Virus record (IMG/VR): IMGVR_UViG_3300045391_007586
From: a virus
Lineage: Duplodnaviria > Heunggongvirae > Uroviricota > Caudoviricetes
Direction: 5' to 3' (one strand)
DNA length: 39,194 nucleotides
In this document: positions 34,042 through 39,194 of the stretch, one piece after another
Layout: every line of letters begins with the position of its first letter
How positions within the stretch are numbered: the stretch's first letter is position 1
Notes under the pieces: generated by a model
Told to the model about the DNA's origin: nothing
Seen by the model: the letters and a program-made list of their open reading frames with translations, nothing else
Databases searched by the model: none
Made by a program: the position numbers and the translations under genes

Positions 34042-34458
34042 TTACTCAGCAGCGGCGGCTTTCACGAGAGCATCGATCAGGCCGCGAATGGAATTGCTCT
34101 TGATGCCGAACGGTTCCGCCAGCTCGCGCAAGCCGGTGATGCCCTTCTCGTCGGCAACCTTTTCCAGCTCGGCTTCGGTGAACTTCGGCTTTTCCTTCTT
34201 CGGTTGAGCGGCAGCGGCTTTTTCCGCCTCTTTCTGCTTCAGCACTTCGAGGTCCGGTGCCGGCGTATCGGCTTCTTCGAGCAGCCGCCTAGTCACGCTC
34301 GACGTTGAACCGTCTTCCCATTCGCACAGCATGACTGCGGAGACGCGCACGGCGTCGATCTCCAGCACATCACCGACCGACACGCCGTCCTTGAACTGGA
34401 TCACGCCCATCTGGCCGCTATAGCTTTCCCAACCGGGTTGAGTGAGTCGGAGTTTCAT
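34042..34458 (-). CDS. Hypothetical head-associated protein with C-terminal small helical (Rho-N/SAP-like) domain
   Basis: N-terminus paralogous to 34512-34865; C-terminus TEAELEKVADEKGITGLRELAEPFGIK...LIDAL. Confidence 0.65.
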   Translation of the reverse strand: MKLRLTQPGWESYSGQMGVIQFKDGVSVGDVLEIDAVRVSAVMLCEWEDGSTSSVTRRLLEEADTPAPDLEVLKQKEAEKAAAAQPKKEKPKFTEAELEKVADEKGITGLRELAEPFGIKSNSIRGLIDALVKAAAAE

Positions 34459-34511
34459 TCTTCCCCATCAGTGGTTAATGCCGGACGAGCCAATCCCGTC
34501 CGGCGCCCGAA

Positions 34512-34865
34512 TCAATGCTCGGCGGTTTGGTCCTGCGTGAAGACCTTCGACTCGACGCCATCGACGCCGGTCGTCGACGCGGTTTCGGCAGCAACGCCGG
34601 CCGCTACGACTTGCGCAGACGTTTGACCCGCGCCGGCCGCGACAGCCGCCGACAGCGCATCTACGCCATTGCCGAGAAATTGGTTAGTGGGATCGGTTTG
34701 GTCCACGATCGCCCCGCCCTGCCACTCCACGGTGAAGAGAGCGGCGATGCCAGCGGCCGTGTTCGGGTCCATGTCCGAAACGGACACGCCACCCGAGAAC
34801 TCCACTGTGCCGAGGCGACCGGTGAAGCCCGTGTAACCGGCCTGAGTCAGTTGCAGTTTTGCCAT
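34512..34865 (-). CDS. Hypothetical head-associated protein
   Basis: AAGGAAAGGA RBS; first gene after the capsid terminator. Confidence 0.65.
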   Translation of the reverse strand: MAKLQLTQAGYTGFTGRLGTVEFSGGVSVSDMDPNTAAGIAALFTVEWQGGAIVDQTDPTNQFLGNGVDALSAAVAAGAGQTSAQVVAAGVAAETASTTGVDGVESKVFTQDQTAEH

Positions 34866-34882
34866 TTCCTTTCCTTGATGTG

Positions 34883-34907
34883 AAAAAGGCGGGATTGCTC
34901 CCGCCTT
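34883..34907 (-). terminator. Rho-independent terminator after the major capsid gene
   Basis: Stem AAGGCGGGA/TCCCGCCTT with a 4-nt loop and a T-run. Confidence 0.75.
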
Positions 34908-34909
34908 CT

Positions 34910-34938
34910 ATTATCAGTCATTTACGACTGATAACCAA
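34910..34938 (-). promoter_or_regulatory. Possible promoter TTGGTT-N17-GATAAT with operator site 15 (34914-34931) in the spacer
   Basis: Site TCAGTCA-TTTA-CGACTGA; same geometry as site 10, but upstream of the capsid terminator, so activity is uncertain. Confidence 0.6.
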
Positions 34939-34939
34939 C

Positions 34940-35851
34940 TTAAATGTTGGTGACGCCCGTGAGACGACCGATCGAGCGCGTCGACTTCAGCGCGAGACCG
35001 CAATACCACTTGACGCGGATGCGGGTTGCATCCTTGTTCTGCACCGTGCCGATGTTCTCGACAACGAAGCCGGCGTCGGGACCACCGAACAGGCCGTGCA
35101 GACCGTCCTGCTCGTTCAGGCGCAGCGCGTAGACCGAGCAGGTGTTCGCGTTCGTGCCAGCGGTTTCAGCGCCCGACAGGTATTCGTTCATGATGACCGG
35201 AATACCGTTGTGGGTCAGCATCGGGCGGCCGAAGTTTTCGAGCTGCTGCATCACAGCGTCCGTGCCGTAGGTGGCGCGGAGCAGTGCGCGGAAAGCGCGA
35301 ATCGTGCCGCGGCGCATCACGATCACGTCCGGGCCGTTCGGCACCGAGTCCACGAGCTCGTCGAGCATCGTCAGGGTCAGCGGGTTGCCGTTCGCGCCAG
35401 CCGAAATCGTCTGGGTGCCACCAGCTTGCGTTGCCAGCACCGGCAGACCGTCGAAGCCCTTCGCGTTCACCGAAGAGTCGCCCGTCGCCATTTGCTGACG
35501 GAAGGCCATCGCGATCGCCTTCGCCTTCTTGGCGATCTGGATCGCCATCTGGTCGTTGGTGTCGCTCTCGACCGTTTGCAGGAACTTGTCGATGTCGACA
35601 TCGCCTGCCAGGATACGGAGCACGGTCGTCACTTCCGTGAACGTTGCAGCGCTCTCGTTGGTCGTGTCGTTCGGCGACAGGAAATCCACACCGCCGAGCG
35701 TGTTTTCACGGTTGTAGACATACGCCTTGCCGTTGGTGCCGACGAACGGCAGCACGGCGAACAGGTCGTCGCGGAAGATGATCTCGTCGATGACGCCAGC
35801 AACGAGATCGTTGTTGCTCAGCATATCGGCGTATTGTTGCAGCAAAGGCAT
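34940..35851 (-). CDS. Major capsid protein
   Basis: After the scaffold, with own promoter and terminator; DVDIDKFLQ, FDGL, GIPVIMNEY, WYCGLALKS pattern consistent with an HK97-fold capsid protein. Confidence 0.88.
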   Translation of the reverse strand: MPLLQQYADMLSNNDLVAGVIDEIIFRDDLFAVLPFVGTNGKAYVYNRENTLGGVDFLSPNDTTNESAATFTEVTTVLRILAGDVDIDKFLQTVESDTNDQMAIQIAKKAKAIAMAFRQQMATGDSSVNAKGFDGLPVLATQAGGTQTISAGANGNPLTLTMLDELVDSVPNGPDVIVMRRGTIRAFRALLRATYGTDAVMQQLENFGRPMLTHNGIPVIMNEYLSGAETAGTNANTCSVYALRLNEQDGLHGLFGGPDAGFVVENIGTVQNKDATRIRVKWYCGLALKSTRSIGRLTGVTNI

Positions 35852-35927
35852 CTGCTCTAATCCTTTAACTCAAAACAAAAGAAGTTGAACTGTCGGCCTA
35901 AGTCGCTCTAGTCACCGATAGCTGCGG

Positions 35928-35970
35928 AATTTACCACGTTGCGGCGCGATTGTCAATCACCTATGACTGA
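35928..35970 (-). promoter_or_regulatory. Capsid promoter TTGACA-N17-TAAATT with operator site 16 (35953-35970) at/upstream of -35
   Basis: Site TCAATCA-CCTA-TGACTGA; same geometry as the lysis promoter. Confidence 0.76.
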
Positions 35971-35998
35971 TACTCGCGCCGCAAACGAGGGTCGGTCG

Positions 35999-36913
35999 TC
36001 AGCCGATCTTGCCCAACTTGCCCAGACCGGCAGCGATACGGCTCACGCCGGTCTTCGCCTGCTCCTGACGACGCTGCACAGCCTCGCGGGCTGCGCTCGC
36101 CGGGGCGCGGTTGTCCGAGCCAGCGCCCGACTTCACCTTCGCCTTGATCAGATGGTCGCGATCCGGGTCGGATTCGACGATCTTCTTCAGGGCGGCTTCG
36201 AACGCCACCGGCTCGCCCGACGCGTCGACGATCGCAGTGCGATTTGCGGCGCCACGCGGCTTGTCGTAGCCGATCACCTGACCATCCTTCACGTCGAAGT
36301 AATCGCCGTAGACCACGCGCGCCTTCGACGGCGTGAGCGTGAGTTCCTGCGCGATGAATTGCGACTGGCTGAACTGCGTGCCAATCGACAGTTCGACGAT
36401 CTGGCTATCCTTCGAGGCGAGCTGGTTGCGCAGGTCGGCAATCGTGTCCTCCAGACTCTTGACCGCCGTCTTGTGCTCGCCCGCCATGCGCTCCTTCAGA
36501 CGTTCCCACTCGCCCTTTGCTTCGAGCGCCTTGGTTTCGTCGTCCTTCTGCTTCTGCACCAGAGCCTTGATGGCGTCGAGACCGCCAAGCTCTTCGAGTT
36601 GCCCGAGCACGGACTTCGCCGCGTCCAGGTCTTTCCCGAGCTTTTCGATCTGCTCCTTCTTCTTCATGTTCTCCTTGAGAAGGCGGGCTTCCTCGTCGGA
36701 GGGCTTCTTCGCGGCGGGGTCGCCTTGACCACCCTGCCCACCTTCACCGCCCGACTTGCCCTTGCCGTCCCCGGCGCCGCCCTCACCGCCTGGAGCGCCA
36801 CCTGCCGGAGCACCGCTACCGCCACCACCTGCACCGCCGCCCGTGTCACCGCCTTCACCTGCGGCATCCATCAAGCGTGCCTGGCCCATCATTTGTCGCA
36901 AAAGCCAACTCAT
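35999..36913 (-). CDS. Capsid scaffolding protein
   Basis: Gly-rich low-complexity N-terminus then charged coiled coil; between portal and capsid; GAGG RBS. Confidence 0.82.
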   Translation of the reverse strand: MSWLLRQMMGQARLMDAAGEGGDTGGGAGGGGSGAPAGGAPGGEGGAGDGKGKSGGEGGQGGQGDPAAKKPSDEEARLLKENMKKKEQIEKLGKDLDAAKSVLGQLEELGGLDAIKALVQKQKDDETKALEAKGEWERLKERMAGEHKTAVKSLEDTIADLRNQLASKDSQIVELSIGTQFSQSQFIAQELTLTPSKARVVYGDYFDVKDGQVIGYDKPRGAANRTAIVDASGEPVAFEAALKKIVESDPDRDHLIKAKVKSGAGSDNRAPASAAREAVQRRQEQAKTGVSRIAAGLGKLGKIG

Positions 36914-36991
36914 ACGTTCCTCATTCGACCGTTCTCTTGGTCATTGGGGGTTGAAAAGTGGCCGGCGTTCTCTTGCCGGCCGGTTTTAAAA

Positions 36992-38617
36992 TCAGGTCGC
37001 GGCGACGACCTCTCGTGCAACGTCGCGCGACTGATACTTCGAATACTCCTGATTCGGGTTGTCCTGGTTTGGATCGACCGGCTCAGGAGGCCAGTTCTTC
37101 AGGTCCGCCAGCATCTTCGCCTTCAGGTCTTTCGCGAGCTGCGGGAAGAGCTTGTCGATCGTCAGCTTCATCTGCTCCTGACGAACCGAATCCGGCGCCT
37201 CGATCAGCATCAGGCGAGCCGCGATGTCGAACTCGTCGTAGAGACCGCGCGTGTCGAAGTTGCGCGGATACGAGACGAGCGGGTCAGTCACGCTCTTCTC
37301 TTCGCCATTCCAGAGCGCGACGAGCGCGACGATCCTGTTCTCGACAGACTCCAGACTCGACGCCTTGGCCGACAGCAGCGCGTTCACGCGCTCGAAGTCG
37401 TATGCCTTCGCAACGCCCGAGCTGTTGTCGATCCCGAGCGCGTTATCCTGCTTCGTGCGTTCGCCCGCCAGGCCGACCGTGTGGTAAATCTCATTGATGA
37501 TCTTATTGACGACCGCCAGGATGATCTGCGCCTGCTTCGGGTCTGGCGACAGATAGAACGGCTGCTGGCCGGACTCGCCGTCATAGAGGAACACGCGCTT
37601 GGTGCCCATGTCCATGAGGGTTGTGTAGTTGTCCGACCCAGGCAGCACGTTCTGGGCCGGCATCGCGAGCTGGCTGAACGTCTGGTCCTGAATGATGGCG
37701 TCGAGGTTCGAGAGGTAGTTTGCTGCCGCCCGGTCGAGATACACGATGTCCTCGATCAACGCCGGGACGGTGTATTGCTCGTCGGTGATCACGTTGTCGG
37801 CGAGGATTACCGGCACGACGCCGAGTTTGTGCATACCCTGCCCGACCTCCTTGATCACGACGCGACGACCCTCTCGCACCTCTTCGAACAGACGCCACTC
37901 GGTCTTCGTCCACAGCCGATACCGCGTCATCACGTCGCCTGTGGACGTGAGCGGGTCGCCGTCGTCGCGGTAGGCTTCGGCAATCAGAATCCAGTTGAGC
38001 TCGCCCTGATCGTCCCACGAGTAATCGAGCATCTGGTCCGGCGTGACGATGTAGGCATACGTCTGATAGCCGGTCTCTTTCAGGTCCGCGAGCGACATGG
38101 CTTCGCCGTTCGACGTGTTGTCGACAACGACGCCGATGCGCCCAAAGATCGATGCCTTCTTCGAAATCTGGCGCGAAAAGTCGTCGATGCCGAGCCCGTT
38201 GCGCGTCGCCCTGGACCAGAACGCCTTCACCGAGGCCGGCGCGTCGGTATCGTTGCGGGTGATGACCTGCTTGAACAGATACTTGTTCAGGAGGTCGACG
38301 ACTTCGCGGGAATGGTTGAAACGATACGCCCGCTGCACGCGGTCGGCGTATTCGCGCATCCCTTCCTTGATGTATTGGAAGATGTTCGCGCCATACCAGT
38401 CGCGCCCGCCCTCGTAGGTCTGCTCCAAGAGCTGCCAGTGCGCGAGACGGTCCTCGTATTCGGGGTGGCGACGCGAAATCAGCGCCTTCAGTTGCTTCTG
38501 AGTCGCATCGAGCGGAGCGAGGTCGATCGAGCTTTCCGCGTCACGCGGATCGACGACGATCGTCTGGCCTGGACTGAAGGCGAACTGGCTGTTCGCGGTG
38601 AACGTTTGGATGCCCAT
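36992..38617 (-). CDS. Portal protein
   Basis: 541 aa directly after the terminase; HPEY...W...Y.GG, FN, SSGVAKAYDF pattern. Confidence 0.88.
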   Translation of the reverse strand: MGIQTFTANSQFAFSPGQTIVVDPRDAESSIDLAPLDATQKQLKALISRRHPEYEDRLAHWQLLEQTYEGGRDWYGANIFQYIKEGMREYADRVQRAYRFNHSREVVDLLNKYLFKQVITRNDTDAPASVKAFWSRATRNGLGIDDFSRQISKKASIFGRIGVVVDNTSNGEAMSLADLKETGYQTYAYIVTPDQMLDYSWDDQGELNWILIAEAYRDDGDPLTSTGDVMTRYRLWTKTEWRLFEEVREGRRVVIKEVGQGMHKLGVVPVILADNVITDEQYTVPALIEDIVYLDRAAANYLSNLDAIIQDQTFSQLAMPAQNVLPGSDNYTTLMDMGTKRVFLYDGESGQQPFYLSPDPKQAQIILAVVNKIINEIYHTVGLAGERTKQDNALGIDNSSGVAKAYDFERVNALLSAKASSLESVENRIVALVALWNGEEKSVTDPLVSYPRNFDTRGLYDEFDIAARLMLIEAPDSVRQEQMKLTIDKLFPQLAKDLKAKMLADLKNWPPEPVDPNQDNPNQEYSKYQSRDVAREVVAAT

Positions 38618-38627
38618 AATCTTTCCA

Positions 38628-38656
38628 ATTCTCAGTCACCTTTGACTGATTGTCAA
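38628..38656 (-). promoter_or_regulatory. Portal promoter TTGACA-N17-GAGAAT with operator site 17 (38632-38649) in the spacer
   Basis: Site is the full palindrome TCAGTCA-CCTT-TGACTGA. Confidence 0.72.
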
Positions 38657-38657
38657 G

Positions 38658-39194
38658 TTAAACGGAAATGCCCCCGATCTCGATCTTGCGCACCGGGAAC
38701 TCGATCTCAATCGCGTAGCCCGCGGCGTCAGCCGAGTGCTCAGTGCCGGCGTCCTTGTCGATGTCGCGAGAGCCAGGCTTGTAGATCGTCTGTTCGAGCG
38801 AGTTGATGAAGTGCTTGCACCGCTCGTCGATGCGCAGCTTGACCGTGCCATCGGCCGCGCGCAGCAGTCGGTTCACGGCGTTCACGCGATCGGCGACAAA
38901 CGGGTGTTTGCGGCGATACTTGATCTTGCGGAAGCCCTTCTCCCGCAGAATGTCGAGGTCCGTCTCGCCCCGCGCGTGCTGGCGCTGCCCGCCTGCCGGG
39001 TCGGGATAGACCGTGATGTTGTTCTGATGCTTCCAATAGCGCTTGTCCAGCTCGTCGCACACTTCCTCGGTGTTCGAGCCGAACAGCACCACTTCGTCCA
39101 CTGCCCACACTTCGCCGTTCTTCTGCGGCTGAAACACGACCGTCGACATCGGATCGATGTTGAAGTCCATGCCAACCCAGATCGGGAGGTTCGG
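38658..39194 (-). CDS. terL: Terminase large subunit, C-terminal nuclease domain (5'-truncated by the window)
   Basis: Frame is open to the window edge (PNLPIWVGMDFNIDPM); DEV, YPDPAG and EHSADAAGY RNase H-like motifs. Confidence 0.9.
   Translation of the reverse strand, partial: PNLPIWVGMDFNIDPMSTVVFQPQKNGEVWAVDEVVLFGSNTEEVCDELDKRYWKHQNNITVYPDPAGGQRQHARGETDLDILREKGFRKIKYRRKHPFVADRVNAVNRLLRAADGTVKLRIDERCKHFINSLEQTIYKPGSRDIDKDAGTEHSADAAGYAIEIEFPVRKIEIGGISV

Larger units (their letters stand above)
1..39194 (-). mobile_element. Tailed phage genome segment (siphovirus-like; prophage or phage-plasmid)
   Basis: Contiguous co-oriented terminase-portal-scaffold-capsid-tail-lysis-replication genes fill the window; no host housekeeping genes or att/integrase seen. 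Confidence 0.95.

Noticed and set aside
36960-36981. Hairpin after the portal gene as a plain intrinsic terminator
   Set aside because: The T-run is offset (ACTTTTC) and the loop is duplicated in a second hairpin; reported as a possible RNA element instead, though termination is not excluded.
1600-38649. The 18-bp motif as CRISPR repeats, iterons, att sites or Pho boxes
   Set aside because: Copies are dispersed singly at gene boundaries, not arrayed; they are inverted repeats, whereas Pho boxes and iterons are direct repeats.
35939-38806. 955-aa plus-strand ORF and other long plus-strand ORFs (183-1613, 4551-5831, 7077-8348, 19306-21312, 26351-28051, 28184-29563)
   Set aside because: Each lies antisense to a well-supported gene, is Arg/Val/Leu-rich without motifs, and is the expected shadow ORF of high-GC codon bias.
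1-39194. tRNA, rRNA or CRISPR arrays
   Set aside because: Intergenic gaps are short and no cloverleaf or repeat-spacer pattern was seen by eye; a tRNAscan/Infernal run would be needed to exclude small RNAs.

Overview
A 39 kb segment of a high-GC tailed phage, probably a siphovirus: long tape measure, lambda L/K/I/J-like tail tip, no sheath gene. Nearly all real genes are on the minus strand. In transcription order (right to left): terminase large subunit (cut by the window edge), portal, scaffold, major capsid, head-tail joining genes, tail tube, frameshifted tail chaperones, tape measure, tail tip, then an unusual fibre module, a lysis cassette, metallophosphoesterase, PhoH, an Hfq-like protein, DnaB, primase and ATP-dependent ligase. 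The mix resembles SSU5/pHCM2-type phage-plasmids (inference; no rep/par gene in the window). Most striking: (1) 11118-16224 holds three paralogous tail-fibre genes, each with exactly 17 Gly-X-Y collagen triplets. Two continue into an 11-residue CxCxCxCxCxC motif whose last Cys is Cys1 of a non-splicing Hint domain. They are followed by an Ig-like protein translationally coupled to a radical SAM/SPASM enzyme, suggesting RiPP-like maturation of a virion fibre. (2) An 18-bp imperfect palindrome (TCAGTCA-N4-YGACTGA) occurs 17 times in one orientation, at gene starts and overlapping sigma70-like promoters: a candidate phage-wide operator. (3) A phage Hfq-like gene plus several RNA hairpins at translation starts. 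All calls come from manual motif reading; no database searches were run.
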